DNA of 64,000 nucleotides from Candidatus Latescibacterota bacterium (GTDB taxonomy: Bacteria > Latescibacterota > UBA2968 > UBA8231): contig OZ252098.1 of NCBI GenBank assembly GCA_965248355.1, forward strand, positions 3,200,001-3,264,000. Direction: 5' to 3'. The translations under genes were made by a program, and so were the position numbers. The stretch's first letter is position 1. Each line of letters opens with the position of its first letter. The notes beneath the pieces were generated by a model, which had not been told where the DNA came from, did no database searches, and saw only the letters and a program-made list of their open reading frames with translations. Positions 31,846 to 44,292 of the stretch are shown piece after piece.

Positions 31846-32760
31846 TCAGGCCATCCCGGGCCCCGGAGTGGCCGCTTCCGGCATGCAGGCGCACAGCATT
31901 CTCTTGACGTTGCAGGCCAGGGCTTTCAAGTGGACGGCCAGGGTCACGCGGGGTTGCCCTCGCACACGCACAGTCCCCAATCCGTGCCGACGTTTCAGCT
32001 CCGAGTTGGTGGCCTCGATGCCCGCCCGGATGCGGTAGCGCGGCCGGAATTGGCCGCTGGCTTGGGCCCGTCGCCGTCGCTCGAGATTGGTCGCGGCCAG
32101 GTCCACGGTCAACCGGTAGCCGTCCTCGCTCCCCTTCCGCGGGGCCGGACATCGATGGAACAACGGACAGGCTTCACAGGTGGGACGGTCGAAGGTCAAC
32201 GTCAGCCGATACGGGTGCGTCGCATGGGGCGTCTGCCCGGTCGAGAAATGGCCGCCCGGACACACGGCCGGGTCCTCGCCGCGCACGTCGACGTGGAAGT
32301 CGGCGCTCGTCAAGGGCCGCTCCTCCGGGGCCTCGGCTTCGACCGCCACGGCCCGGCCGCTCACCGGGCTGACCAGTTCGGTGCCGAGGCGCTCGGCGTC
32401 CACGGCATTTTCGGCCGAGCCGTAGGCGGTGTCGGCCACCAACTCCTGCGGCTGCTGATCGCGCTCGACCAGATCCTCGAGGATCGGCATCGTCGCTTGC
32501 GTCCCGGGCACAGGCCTCGGTCAGTTCCACGTGGGTGATCACTTGCACGCGGTTGTCCGGGTGACAGGTCTCGGCGATCTGCACTTCGTATCCCTTGCCC
32601 TTGCGCGCGTTGTAGGTGGCGTCCGGGTCGTGAGGACTCTGCAACGACGCACTGCTCACCTCTTCGGGCGCCTTCAGCACCACCGGCACGCGGCGTTCGC
32701 CGGCGTCGTCGTCGTCGCGCCGCGGCTTCTTGCGCTTCGTGCCGACGGTGCACTGTTCCT
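31846..32760 (-). pseudogene. Truncated, frameshifted DDE transposase (IS1182/IS5-like)
   Basis: LQSPHDPDATY..KGKGY, VADTAYGS, C..CP...C, Y.IRAGIEAT. Frameshift near 32500; N-terminus missing. Confidence 0.82.
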
Positions 32761-34405
32761 GTTCCGCATGTGGTCGAGCAGCTCACGATATACCTCTTTC
32801 CGGATAGCGCGGCTGGCCTGCTTCAGCAATGGGTGCGAGTCGGCGAACAACTCGTCGTCCGCGGCGAGATCGTCGAGGCCGAGGTACTCCACCTGGACCA
32901 TCTCGAGCTGCTCCAGGTTCGGGTTGGTATAGCGCCAGCCGCGTAGTTGATCGAACCACACGCGGTAGGCGAGCACCTGGCGGAGCGTGCCCTCGGCCTC
33001 CTGCAAGTTGAAGCCGCGCAGCGAGGGCTCCAGTAGCCACTCGGCGCGGATCTGCGCATCCGATCGCTCGAAGCCAAGCGTGCGCTGCACGGCGACGCCC
33101 AGCTCGTCGTTGCGGAGCCCTTTCGAGCCTGTTTCCTGTAGCGCGCCAAGAAAGCCCGCGCGAACCAGGCTCACGAAGAGGAAGTCGTTGAAGTGGCCGG
33201 CCTGCAGTGCGGCGTCCTGCCGGTTGTCGGTGAAGCCGAGAAGCTTCCGTGTGTAGCGGTCCATCGCCGACTCGGTGCCGTGCATCCAGCGGTAGTACTT
33301 CTTGAGCCGCGGGCGGCCGCTGGCGTCGAACTCGAGCCAGGTCTCGGGGTAGTCCTCATCGCGGTCGTCGAATCTGAAGTCGCGATCGTTGGGCGGGTGC
33401 GGTGTCAAGAAAGCCGAAGATCTCGCCCTCGGGCTGCGTCTCTTGCGGGTCTGCGTCGGCTTCGTCCTGCTTGGTCGGTGGCGCGTCATCCGCGTCATCA
33501 ATGTCACGCGCGAGGAAGACCAAACCCTCTTCCTGTTGCACCAAACGCACCGGGTAATATTCGTGCCCGCATTCCCGACAGAAGTGAACGGCGTAAAGTC
33601 GCTTGTCCGCGTGGCCGGGAAGGAACTGCTGACCATCCACCGTCACTTTGCGTGTGCCGGGCGGCTCCATCGTCATATAGGTGTGGCCCGCACCCGAGAT
33701 GAACTGGTGGAGCTTGAACGAGTAGAAGCTGCTCTGGCTTGCCCCAGCGTTCGAGGTCCGTAACCGCTCGGGGACGCTCGACACGAGAAGAAGCTCTCGC
33801 AGCACCTTCGCGCAGGCAGCCTCAGGTCGACCGGCTTCCGCCGACAGCCTGCCCACCGCGTCGGTCACCGTCATCGGCTTCGCCCGGACCCAGCGCTGGT
33901 CGACATCCGAGAACGAGATGCCAAGCCGCGTCTCCACCCAAACCGCGAGCGGGTGCTCCCGAAGTGCCGCGTCGGAGATGTCCGGCGGTATGCCGGCATC
34001 GATTGCCATGCCAAGGTCGGGCCCGACTGAATCGGCGGTGGCAGACGAATCGGTGACGCGCTCAAGCGTCTCGGACCCCGTGCCGGTCGTCACCACGAAG
34101 CTCTCCCCCTCTGTAGCGACCGCGACGGCCTGCTCCTGGTGCTTGTAGAGGGACAGCGGCTGACCCTCCGCGCGGAAGATGTCGGCGCAACCAGGGTGGA
34201 GGACGCCGTTCGCAACCAAGGCGCCAACGTCGGTCGAGCGCTTGTAGCTCGGGTTGATCTGGATGAGCGGCTCAGGCCAATAGCGATCCTCGGCGTAGAT
34301 GGCCTCAACCTGCTCGCTGATGTCGGGAGCGTGGATCGTCGTGAACGAAGTGGCGAAGCGCTTGTATTCGTCGACGACGCTGTCGCGGAGGGCAAAAACG
34401 TCCAG
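32760..34405 (-). pseudogene. Remnant of a large DEAD/DEAH-box helicase (DUF1998-type inferred) with internal deletions
   Basis: DVFALRD..WPEPLIQINP, LYKHQEQA, TTGTGS with no GKS, KLHQFISG, FCRECG, FTDNRQDAALQAGH. Frameshift near 33405. Confidence 0.8.
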
Positions 34406-34448
34406 CGCAGGTGCGCTTTCTACCCTCGCACCGTCCGAACTCGGCCTA

Positions 34449-35619
34449 GTGTCGCGTCCGACAAATGAGTTGTAAAAACAGAGTCAAGGCCTTATCTTCA
34501 GGCCATGGCCCGCCCGGTGTCCCGCCTTGAGTTGACCGCGTCCGAGCGACAGGAGTTGGAGCGTCGCGTCAGGGCCCCCTCCGCGTCCCAGCGCGACAGC
34601 CTGCGCGCGGCCATCGTCCTGCGCCGGGCCGAAGGGATCAAGCAGGTGCAGGTGGCCGCCGAGTTGGGCGCCAGTGTGGCGTGTGTGAACAAGTGGTCGC
34701 AACGCTTTGATCGCGAGGGTTTGGCGGGACTGAACGACGCCAAGGGCCGGGGCCGGCCGGCGAGCTTGCCGGCGGACAAGGTCGAGCAGGTCCTCACCGC
34801 GGTCACGCAGCCGCCGAAGCCGCGCACGCGCTGGAGCGTGCGCTCGATGGCCCAGGCGGCGGGGATGTCGCCGGACAGCGTGCACCGGATCTGGAAGGCC
34901 AACGACATCAAGCCCCATTTGACCAAGACCTTCAAGGTCTCCACGGACCCGCACTTCGAGGAAAAATTCTGGGACGTGATCGGGCTCTACCTGGATCCCC
35001 CCGAGCGCGCGCTGGTGCTGTGCTGTGACGAGAAGAGCCAGTGCCAGGCGCTGGAACGGACCCAGCCGGGCTTGCCGCTGGGGATCGGCGACATCCGCAC
35101 CCGGACCCACGATTACAAGCGCCACGGTACGATCACCTTGTTCGCCGCGCTCAACTACCTCGACGGCAAGCTCATCGCGCGTCTGGAGGCGCGTCATACC
35201 CACGTCGAATGGCTCCGCTTTCTCAAGCAGATCGACCGCGAGACGCCCAAGAACCTGTCGCTGCACCTGATCGTGGACAACGCCGGCCCCCACAAGGAGG
35301 AGAGCGTGCAGCATTGGTTGTCTCGGCATCGGCGCTTCCATGTCCATTTCACCCCCACCAGTTCCTCCTGGATGAACTTGGTCGAACGGTTCTTCGGCGA
35401 GCTGACGCAGGATGTGATTCGGGACGGCAGCTTTGCCAGCGTCGGGGAGTTGGTGCGCGACATCGAAGCCTACTTGGCGCAGCGGAACTTGGCCCCCAAA
35501 CCCTACCGCTGGAAGGCCGACGGCGAGACCATCCTGCGCAAGATCCAGCGCGCTCGGGAGACGGTGGCGGCGACATCGGACAGCCCTTGTTGATTCTTCT
35601 TAATTCTCGGACGGGACAC
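34449..35619 (+). mobile_element. Complete IS630-family insertion sequence
   Basis: Inverted repeats GTGTCGCGTCCGACAAAT and (rc) GTGTCCCGTCCGAGAATT. TA duplication in a CTAG context at both ends. Confidence 0.95.
34505..35593 (+). CDS. IS630 transposase
   Basis: N-terminal HTH, CDEK, DYKRHGT, IVDN, SWMNLVE. Confidence 0.97.
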   Translation: MARPVSRLELTASERQELERRVRAPSASQRDSLRAAIVLRRAEGIKQVQVAAELGASVACVNKWSQRFDREGLAGLNDAKGRGRPASLPADKVEQVLTAVTQPPKPRTRWSVRSMAQAAGMSPDSVHRIWKANDIKPHLTKTFKVSTDPHFEEKFWDVIGLYLDPPERALVLCCDEKSQCQALERTQPGLPLGIGDIRTRTHDYKRHGTITLFAALNYLDGKLIARLEARHTHVEWLRFLKQIDRETPKNLSLHLIVDNAGPHKEESVQHWLSRHRRFHVHFTPTSSSWMNLVERFFGELTQDVIRDGSFASVGELVRDIEAYLAQRNLAPKPYRWKADGETILRKIQRARETVAATSDSPC

Positions 35620-35670
35620 TAGGTGAATGCATAGGCAGGATAAACGGGATTTTGGCCAGGAAGAAAACGG

Positions 35671-35754
35671 TGCCGAAGGTGGGACTCGAACCCACACGGG
35701 GTTGCCCCCACTGGATTTTGAATCCAGCGCGTCTACCAGTTCCGCCACTTCGGC
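35671..35754 (-). tRNA. tRNA-Leu(CAA)
   Basis: GCCGAAGTGGCGGAACTGGTAGACGCG-CTGGA-TTCAAAA-TCCAG, long variable arm, GGTTCGAGTCC, CTTCGGCA. CCA is not encoded. Confidence 0.97.
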
Positions 35755-35764
35755 CAATCGACCG

Positions 35765-36346
35765 CTACCAGCGCCAGTCCTCTTCCCGGTCGGCCTTGCA
35801 GGCCCCCAGGATCTCGGCGTAGACCACCGCCTCGCGGGCCCGGTCCGGCGTCAGCTTCCATGGACTCCGGCGGCGGAGGAGGGCCGCATCCGCCGGCCCG
35901 GTCGCCCCCAGCTTACGCATCCGCGCCGCCATGCGCTGGCGGGACCGCTGGATCTCCTGGGCCCGCTGGCGGGCCCGCTCTTCCTCGTCACGGGCCCGCT
36001 GCTCCGCCTCCTTGGCCTGGCGCTCCAGCTGCTCGAGGAGGGATTGGCCATCCGCCGGCGCCGCCGTCTCCAGCACGACCACCTCGCCGTCCTCCGGCTC
36101 GGGCTCCGCCGGACGGGGAGCGGGACTCGGCTCGAAGGGGTCGCCGCCGGGGAAAGGCCACCCGCCCCACTCCTCTTCCTTCTCCTTCTCCTCTTCCTGC
36201 TCCGCCTCTACCGCAGCGGACGGCCCTTCCTTCGTCTGCTGCCGGCGCTGGGACTCCTCCTCCCGTTGCCGGCGCCGCTTGCGCCGCTCCAGCAAGGCCG
36301 AGACGACGCTGAACACCAGGAACAGGATGAGTAGCAGTTGCTCCAC
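35765..36346 (-). CDS. Single-TM protein of the floA operon (YqfB-like)
   Basis: N-terminal TM helix, charged coiled coil, C-terminal AVVYAEILG. Confidence 0.75.
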   Translation of the reverse strand: MEQLLLILFLVFSVVSALLERRKRRRQREEESQRRQQTKEGPSAAVEAEQEEEKEKEEEWGGWPFPGGDPFEPSPAPRPAEPEPEDGEVVVLETAAPADGQSLLEQLERQAKEAEQRARDEEERARQRAQEIQRSRQRMAARMRKLGATGPADAALLRRRSPWKLTPDRAREAVVYAEILGACKADREEDWRW

Positions 36347-36358
36347 GGCTCACCGGCC

Positions 36359-37348
36359 TCAGCTGCGGTCGTCGCCGGAATCACCCTCGTCGGTCTCGGA
36401 TATGGAGGTCCGCATATCCGTGTCCGACTGGATGTTCCGCATCCGGTAGTAGTCCATGATCCCGAGATTGCCCGTGCGGAAGGCCTCGGCGATGGCCCGC
36501 GGCACTTCCGCCTCCGCCTCCTTCACCCGCGCCGACATCTCCTCCACGAGCGCCCTCATCTCCTGCTCGGCGGCCTGGGCCATGGCGCGCCGCTCCTCCG
36601 CCTTGGCCTGGGCGATCTTGAGATCGGCCTCGGCCTGCTCGGTCTGCAGCTTGGCGCCGATGTTGTCGCCCACGTCGACGTCGGCGATGTCGATGGACAG
36701 GATCTCGAAGGCGGTGCCCGAGTCGAGCCCCTTGCCCAGGACGGTCTTGGAAATCGAGTCGGGGTTCTCCAGCACCTGCTTGTGGGTGTCGGCCGAGCCG
36801 ACGGTGGTCACCACGCCCTCGCCGACGCGGGCGATGATGGTCTCCTCGCCGGCGCCGCCCACGAGGCGGTCGATATTGGCCCGCACGGTGACCCGCGCCG
36901 TGGCCTTGACCTGGATGCCGTCCTTGGCCACGGCGGCGATCAGGGGCGTGTTGATGACCTTGGGATTGACGCTGACCTTGACCGCCTCGAGCACATCGCG
37001 CCCGGCCAAGTCGATGGCGGCGGCGCGCTCGAAGGTCAGCTCGATGTTGGCCTTGTCGGCCGAGATCAGGGCGAGGATGACGGCATCGACGTTGCCGCCG
37101 GCCAGGTAGTGGGCCTCCATCCGTTCCAGCGCCACCTCGATGCCCGCCTTCTCGGCGCTGATTCTCGGACGCACGATGGAGCCGGGCGGCACCTTGCGCA
37201 GACGCATACCCACAAGGTCGCTGAAGATACTCACCTTGACGCCCGAGAAGTACGCCGTGATCCATAGCCCGATGGGCACGAAGTAGGTGAACAGGCTCAG
37301 GAAAATGATGATCGCGAAAAGGATCGCGATGTAGAGCAGAACCTCCAT
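36359..37348 (-). CDS. floA: Flotillin-like protein FloA
   Basis: [38 protein letters not shown]. Confidence 0.96.
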   Translation of the reverse strand: MEVLLYIAILFAIIIFLSLFTYFVPIGLWITAYFSGVKVSIFSDLVGMRLRKVPPGSIVRPRISAEKAGIEVALERMEAHYLAGGNVDAVILALISADKANIELTFERAAAIDLAGRDVLEAVKVSVNPKVINTPLIAAVAKDGIQVKATARVTVRANIDRLVGGAGEETIIARVGEGVVTTVGSADTHKQVLENPDSISKTVLGKGLDSGTAFEILSIDIADVDVGDNIGAKLQTEQAEADLKIAQAKAEERRAMAQAAEQEMRALVEEMSARVKEAEAEVPRAIAEAFRTGNLGIMDYYRMRNIQSDTDMRTSISETDEGDSGDDRS

Positions 37349-37369
37349 TGGGGTCTCCTTTGGTTTCCG

Positions 37370-37876
37370 CTACTGTGCGCGCTCGTGCACGACGACGCGG
37401 TTGCCGTGCACTTCCAGCACCGCCACGGTGGCGCCGGCGGCGATGAAGGCGCCGTCGGTCACCACGTCCACCATCTCGTTGCCGAAACGGGCCCGGCCCG
37501 CCGGCCGCAGCGCCGTCAGGGCGATGCCCTCCTGGCCGGCCAGTCCCTCCAGCTCACCCGTGGCGGAATCGTATCCCGAGGCCCGGTCGGTGCGGTCCTC
37601 GCGCACCATCCGCTGCCAGGCCCGGTTGCGGATGAGCAGCCAGACGAGGGCGCCGGTGCCGCTGAAGCCGAGGACGCCGATGACGGTGGCCGCCTCGGGC
37701 CCGAGCCGCCTGTAGGCGAAGAGGACGCCGACACAGACCGTGCCGAACCCCAGGACCCCGAAGAGGTTGAACCCGGGAATGACGAAGACCTCGAGCAGGA
37801 TCAGCACCAGGCCGAGCACGAGCAGGCCCACGCTGTAGATCCAGGGCAGCGCCTCGGAGCTGAACAGTCCTTCCAC
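37370..37876 (-). CDS. Short NfeD-family protein
   Basis: LEVFVIPGF, T.LRPAG, VDVVTDG.FI. Confidence 0.9.
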   Translation of the reverse strand: MEGLFSSEALPWIYSVGLLVLGLVLILLEVFVIPGFNLFGVLGFGTVCVGVLFAYRRLGPEAATVIGVLGFSGTGALVWLLIRNRAWQRMVREDRTDRASGYDSATGELEGLAGQEGIALTALRPAGRARFGNEMVDVVTDGAFIAAGATVAVLEVHGNRVVVHERAQ

Positions 37877-37885
37877 GTCCCCTCC

Positions 37886-39298
37886 TCAGATGGCCCGCAC
37901 CACGACGCGGCTGCCGCGGGCCTGGACGATGCGCACCGTCGTCTGTTCCTCGATATACTCGCCCTCGGCGATGATGTCCAGGCGCTTGCCGGCGAACTGG
38001 CCGATCCCCACGGGCCGCAGCTCGGTGAGGGCTACCCCCTCCATGCCGACGAGCTCCTGGTCCTGGTCCGTCGAGGCCGACACGTAGCCGTCGGCGGCCG
38101 AGGTCCGGCCCGCCAGGATCAGGTGGCGGAAGGCGGGCACCTTGGGCAGGGACCGCAGCAGGATCAGGGCGGCAACGATGCCGATGATCATGGACAGGGA
38201 GAACTGGCCGACGACGCCGCTGATCTGCTCGATGCTCCAGAATTCGAAGGCGGGCAGCCGGGTCAGCAGCACGCTGGCCAGCATGCACAGGAACCCGGCC
38301 ACGCCCGCCAGTCCGAAGCCGGGGATGAAGGCGATCTCGGCGAACAGCAGGCCAAGGCCGACGAAGAACAGGAGCAGCTCCTCCCAGTCGGCCAGGTGGA
38401 CGATGAGGTGGCTGCCGAAGAACAGGGCGAGGGCCAGCAGGGCCATCGATCCGCCCAGGCCCCAGCCGGGCGTGCGCACCTCGGCGATCAGTCCGAAGAG
38501 GGCCACCGACAGCAGGATGGAGGTGACGATGGGATGGGTGAGCAGGCGGACGACGCGCTCGGCCAGGTTGATCTCTACCTCCACGACCTCGGCGTCCGCC
38601 AGATCGTAGATGGCCAGCAGCTCGGGCAGGGACTGGGCGCTCTCGTCGGCGAGGCCGTACTGCAGGGCCTGGTTGGTGGTCAACGTCGCCGGCCGGCCCA
38701 CCTCGTCGCTGAAGCCGGGGATGTAGATGCGCTCGTCGACCATGGCCTCGGCGATCTCGGGATCGCGCCCCGTGCGCTCCGCCGTGGCCCGCATCTCGGC
38801 GCTCATGACCGACACGTACTTGTCGCCGGCTTTCTCGCCTGTGCCGGAGACCGGCGTGGTGGCGCCGATGGTGCCGCCCTTGACCATGACGATCTTGTCG
38901 CAGGCCAGCGAGATCAGGGCGCCGGCGGAGATGGCCCGCTTGTCGATGAAGGCGATGGTGAGGGACTCGGCGTCGATGATGGCGTCGCGGATGACGGAAG
39001 CGGCGTCGACGCGGCCGCCGAAGGTGTCGATCTCGAAGACCAAGGCGTCGACGCCGGCTTCGTCGGCGTCCTCCACGACGCGCTCCACGTAGGCGGTGAT
39101 CCCGGGGTCGATCATGCCGCCCTCGGTGTCCACCGTGCGCAGCCGGAGCAGGTGGATCAGGGGACGGCCGGCCTCCTCGGGGGCGGTCCCGGCCTCGCCG
39201 GCCGGCGCCTCCTGGCCGCCGAGAGGAAGGGCCGCCAGCAGGAGCGCCGCCGCCGCCGGCAGGCGCGTCCATCGCTTTGGGAGGGGGATAGGGAACAT
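37886..39298 (-). CDS. Long NfeD-family membrane protein with a ClpP-like domain (YqeZ-like)
   Basis: IDTFGG, AISAGALI, IAEAMVD, PGFG, LRPVG. Confidence 0.92.
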   Translation of the reverse strand: MFPIPLPKRWTRLPAAAALLLAALPLGGQEAPAGEAGTAPEEAGRPLIHLLRLRTVDTEGGMIDPGITAYVERVVEDADEAGVDALVFEIDTFGGRVDAASVIRDAIIDAESLTIAFIDKRAISAGALISLACDKIVMVKGGTIGATTPVSGTGEKAGDKYVSVMSAEMRATAERTGRDPEIAEAMVDERIYIPGFSDEVGRPATLTTNQALQYGLADESAQSLPELLAIYDLADAEVVEVEINLAERVVRLLTHPIVTSILLSVALFGLIAEVRTPGWGLGGSMALLALALFFGSHLIVHLADWEELLLFFVGLGLLFAEIAFIPGFGLAGVAGFLCMLASVLLTRLPAFEFWSIEQISGVVGQFSLSMIIGIVAALILLRSLPKVPAFRHLILAGRTSAADGYVSASTDQDQELVGMEGVALTELRPVGIGQFAGKRLDIIAEGEYIEEQTTVRIVQARGSRVVVRAI

Positions 39299-39324
39299 TC
39301 TAGACAGGGGTGACAAGGGGCTAG

Positions 39325-39354
39325 ATCTTACCCCCGGCCCTCCGTCCTTGTCAA
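39325..39354 (-). promoter_or_regulatory. Putative sigma70 promoter of the nfeD-floA operon
   Basis: TTGACA-18 nt-TAAGAT on the minus strand. Confidence 0.55.
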
Positions 39355-39398
39355 TCGAGCCGGCCCCTCCCTACCCTATGGCGCGGGAGGGAGAACGG

Positions 39399-40391
39399 AT
39401 GAGAGTTCTCGAGGCCCCGGTCCGTTGGGGCATCATCGGCTGCGGCGACGTGACGGAAATGAAGTCGGGCCCCGGGCTGCAGAAGGCGCGCGACTCGGAG
39501 CTGGTCGCCGTGATGCGGCGCCACCGCGAGAAGGCCCGCGACTACGCCCGGCGCCACGGCGTGGCGCGCTGGTACGACGACGCCGCGGCCCTGATCGAGG
39601 ACGAGGGCGTCGACGCCGTGTACGTGGCCACGCCGCCGGACTCGCACCCCGAGTACACGCTCCGCGCCGCCGCCGCCGGCAAGCCGGTCTACGTGGAGAA
39701 GCCCATGGCGCGCACCGGCGCCGAGTGCGAGCGGATGGTTCGGGCCTGCCGCCGAGCCGGCGTGCCCCTCTTCGTCGCCTACTACCGGCGCCGCCTGCCC
39801 CCGCACATGAAGGTGGCCGAGCTGCTCGGCCAAGGTGCCGTGGGCGACGTCCGCACGGTCGCCATCCGGCTGTTCAAGTCTCCCGCCGGCGGCGACCGGC
39901 GGCGCGACTTCCTGCCCTGGCGGGTCGATCCCGCCGTCGCCGGAGAGGGCGGCCACTTCCACGATCTGGGCTGCCACCAGCTCGACCTCCTCGACTTCCT
40001 TCTGGGTCCGATCGAGGAGGCCGGAGGCGTGGGCCTGTGCCTGGGCGGACTCTACCCTTGCCGCGACACGGTCACCGCCTCCTGGCGTCACGAGTCGGGG
40101 GCCGCCGGCACCGGCGCCTGGTGCTTCGTCGCCGACGAGGCGAGCCGCGCCGAGGAGATCGAGATCGCCGGCAGCGACGGACGTCTGAGCTTCGCCGCCT
40201 TCGACCTGGAGCGCCCCGTGCGCCTGGAGCGCGGCTCCGAGGTGGAGGAGTTCGCCGTGCCCGTCCCCGCCCACGTGCAGCAGCCCCTGATCCAGAGCGT
40301 CGTCGACGACCTGCTCGGACGCGGCGCCTGTCCCAGCACCGGCGACAGCGCCCTGCGCACGGCCCGGGTGATGGACCGCATTCTGGGGTGA
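39399..40391 (+). CDS. Gfo/Idh/MocA oxidoreductase
   Basis: WGIIGCG, VYVATP, VEKP, DLGCH.LD. Confidence 0.93.
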   Translation: MRVLEAPVRWGIIGCGDVTEMKSGPGLQKARDSELVAVMRRHREKARDYARRHGVARWYDDAAALIEDEGVDAVYVATPPDSHPEYTLRAAAAGKPVYVEKPMARTGAECERMVRACRRAGVPLFVAYYRRRLPPHMKVAELLGQGAVGDVRTVAIRLFKSPAGGDRRRDFLPWRVDPAVAGEGGHFHDLGCHQLDLLDFLLGPIEEAGGVGLCLGGLYPCRDTVTASWRHESGAAGTGAWCFVADEASRAEEIEIAGSDGRLSFAAFDLERPVRLERGSEVEEFAVPVPAHVQQPLIQSVVDDLLGRGACPSTGDSALRTARVMDRILG

Positions 40392-40431
40392 CGGGACTTC
40401 ACCGCCCGGAGGCCCCGGGGGTGACGGTGGA

Positions 40432-41829
<1,398 letters not shown>

Positions 41830-41849
41830 GGTTCTCTTTCCTGGTTCGC

Positions 41850-43112
41850 CTACCTGGGCAGGGCGATGGTGAAGCACGCCCCCTCCCCGGGGACGCTGTC
41901 CACGGTGAGGCGTCCGCCGTGGGCTTCGACGATCTTGCGGGAGGTCACCAGCCCCAGGCCGGTGCCGTCCTCCTTGGTGGTGAAGAAGGGCGTGAACAGC
42001 TTGTGGCGGGCTTCTTCGGCGATGCCGTCGCCGGAGTCGCGCACGGCCACCAGGGCCCACTCGCCGTCCTCCCGGCAGACCTCGGTGATCCGCAGGACGA
42101 TGGGGCCGCCTCCGGACATGGCCTGGGCGGCGTTGAGAAGGAGGTTGAGGACGACCTGGCGGAAGCGCTCCACGTCGACCTGGCAGGTGCACCCGTGGGC
42201 CGGGAAGTCGCGGCGGATGGTCACGCCGGGACTCCGGCCCTCGGCGTCGACCTCGAAGAAGGCCGCCGCCTCTTCCACGGCCTGCGCCAGGTCGACGGGC
42301 CGGGTGTTCAGATTCAGGGGACGGGTGTAGCTCAGCAGACTGGAGACGATGCGGTTCAGCCGGGCCACGCCCTCGGTGATCTTGCCCACCAGGCGCCGGC
42401 TCGGGTGGTCGGCCGGGAGGTCCCGGTCGAGCAGGTTGGCGAAGCTGGCGATCCCGCCGAGAGGATTGCGGATCTCGTGAGCCACGGTGGCGGCCATCTC
42501 GCCGAGGGCGGCCAGGGTGTGCATCCGGCGCACCTGGCTCTCCAGACGCTTGACCTCGGTCAGATCGCTGAAGACCTCGATGGCGCCGAGGACCTCGCCA
42601 TTGCCCTCGCGCACCACGGAGGTGCTGAAGCCGAGGGGGATCGTGCGGCCGTCGGGAAGGCGCAGGTCCTTCTCCTGGTTCCGCAGGCTCTCGCCGGTCT
42701 CCAGGGTGTGGAGGACCGACGGCTCCCCTTCCTCCCGTCCCATGACCTCTTCGTAGGTCCGGCCGATGACCTCCTCCTGGGAGCGGCCCGTGATCTCCTC
42801 GGCGGTCCGGTTGAACAGGGTGATGCGACGGTCGAGCCCAAGCACGAGCAGGCCCCCCGTCATGCTCTCGAGGATGTTGTTCAGGTAGTTGCTGACCCGG
42901 TCCTTTTCCTCGAGGCTGTCGCGCAACTCCCGGTTCGTCTCCCCGAGGCGCACGTTGAGGAACTCGAAGCGTTCCTCGAGCTGCCTGTAGGCCTCCAGGT
43001 AGCGCCGCGCCGTGTCCTCGAACAGCTCGGACGAACCGTCGAGGGCCTCCTCGAGAGGCGCGCCTGCGCCCAACTGGAGCACGGGATCGGGGGGGGGATC
43101 GGACGAGGCCAT
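41850..43112 (-). CDS. Cytoplasmic PAS sensor histidine kinase (FlgS/FleS-like)
   Basis: Coiled coil, PAS domain, [22 protein letters not shown]. No TM helix. Confidence 0.93.
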   Translation of the reverse strand: MASSDPPPDPVLQLGAGAPLEEALDGSSELFEDTARRYLEAYRQLEERFEFLNVRLGETNRELRDSLEEKDRVSNYLNNILESMTGGLLVLGLDRRITLFNRTAEEITGRSQEEVIGRTYEEVMGREEGEPSVLHTLETGESLRNQEKDLRLPDGRTIPLGFSTSVVREGNGEVLGAIEVFSDLTEVKRLESQVRRMHTLAALGEMAATVAHEIRNPLGGIASFANLLDRDLPADHPSRRLVGKITEGVARLNRIVSSLLSYTRPLNLNTRPVDLAQAVEEAAAFFEVDAEGRSPGVTIRRDFPAHGCTCQVDVERFRQVVLNLLLNAAQAMSGGGPIVLRITEVCREDGEWALVAVRDSGDGIAEEARHKLFTPFFTTKEDGTGLGLVTSRKIVEAHGGRLTVDSVPGEGACFTIALPR

Positions 43113-43285
43113 CGAACTCCTTGCCATCCGGCGGGACGGATGGACCGCGACCGGCGGGTCGGCGGGCACGGCTTCCGCGGCGGCCCCGGCGCCGCCGTCG
43201 CGGCGCCAGTTCCAGAGGATGACCGTGCCCGGGGGAGGGGGGGCTCCGCTTGCTGACGGGGGAGCTCCGCGAGCTCCCCGGCGCT

Positions 43286-43549
43286 TCAGCCCTCGGGGGT
43301 GGGAGCCTGTTCCGCGGTCCCTTCGGCCCCTTCGTCGTTGACGACGATGCGGCCGTCGGAGTACTCGTTGAGGGCGCCCACGGCCGGATGGGGCAGTTGG
43401 ATCTCGGAACCTTCGGGGACCTGTCGGAAGCGGCTGTTGATCTCGCGCGCCCGCAGGGATAGGGCGCGGCAGGCCGCGTAGGAGTTGTGGGTGCCTTCCA
43501 GGCTGAAGTCAACCTCGCGGTTGAACATCGTACGCTGGGCGTTGAGCAT
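43286..43549 (-). CDS. rpoZ: RNA polymerase omega subunit
   Basis: N.Y....S.RAREI...P...AL.E...G.I pattern; 87 aa. Confidence 0.7.
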   Translation of the reverse strand: MLNAQRTMFNREVDFSLEGTHNSYAACRALSLRAREINSRFRQVPEGSEIQLPHPAVGALNEYSDGRIVVNDEGAEGTAEQAPTPEG

Positions 43550-43611
43550 GCGGATCTCCCTTTATGTGGGTCAACAGGGCGCTTCCGTAAACGAACATAG
43601 GACCATTCCCA

Positions 43612-44292
43612 TCACTTAGCAAGATCGGGACCAGGGATCAGCTCGCCGGCGCGGACGGCAAAGGGCAGCCGGTTGTGCTCCGGCGGAAGGGGGCAGACGT
43701 AGTCGGGATTGTAGGCGCAAAACGGGTTGTAGGCGCGGTTGAAGTCCAGGACCCAGGAGCCGTTCTCCTCCACGCCGACCGGCGCGTAGCGACCCGCCGG
43801 ATAGGTCTGCCGCCCGTTGGTCGGGTCGGTGAAGAACACGCTGAGGCTGCCGTCCCGGCCGCTGCCGTAGACCTCGACTTGGTAAGAGCTCCCTGCGTGC
43901 TCGAAGAGGAACCGCCCGAGGCGCTCGACCACGGTGGTGGCGCCGGCGCTGTCGGGCATGGGCAGCCGGCGCACGCGTCCGTAGCGGTGGAACTCCCCCG
44001 GGATCCGCCACGCGGGATCCACCGGGAAGTAGCGCAGCCCGGCAAAGCCGGCCGCGTCCTCCGGCCGCAGCGGCGATTCGGGCCCGTGGCGCAAGAGGCT
44101 GTCCTTCAACGCCCGGCTCGCCGCGATCTCGACGGTCAGCGTCTCCTCGCTGCCAGCGGCCCCGTGGGCCGCACCGCTCCCGGCCGGGAGCAGGCACAGC
44201 AGCAGGAGAACGGACCGCCGCCCCGATTGACGCCCCCCGGCGACCGGGGTTAATTCGCCGCCGCTGCCCGCTGTCGGAAAGGGGATTCGCAT
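43612..44292 (-). CDS. DUF1684 family protein
   Basis: LRYFP.D, FTD.TNG..TY..GRY, LDFNRAYNP.CAY...CP.PP..N. Start is uncertain. Confidence 0.88.
   Translation of the reverse strand: MRIPFPTAGSGGELTPVAGGRQSGRRSVLLLLCLLPAGSGAAHGAAGSEETLTVEIAASRALKDSLLRHGPESPLRPEDAAGFAGLRYFPVDPAWRIPGEFHRYGRVRRLPMPDSAGATTVVERLGRFLFEHAGSSYQVEVYGSGRDGSLSVFFTDPTNGRQTYPAGRYAPVGVEENGSWVLDFNRAYNPFCAYNPDYVCPLPPEHNRLPFAVRAGELIPGPDLAK

Noticed and set aside
32760..34405. Functional DISARM or Druantia defence system
   Set aside because: The helicase core motifs are deleted and no partner genes remain.
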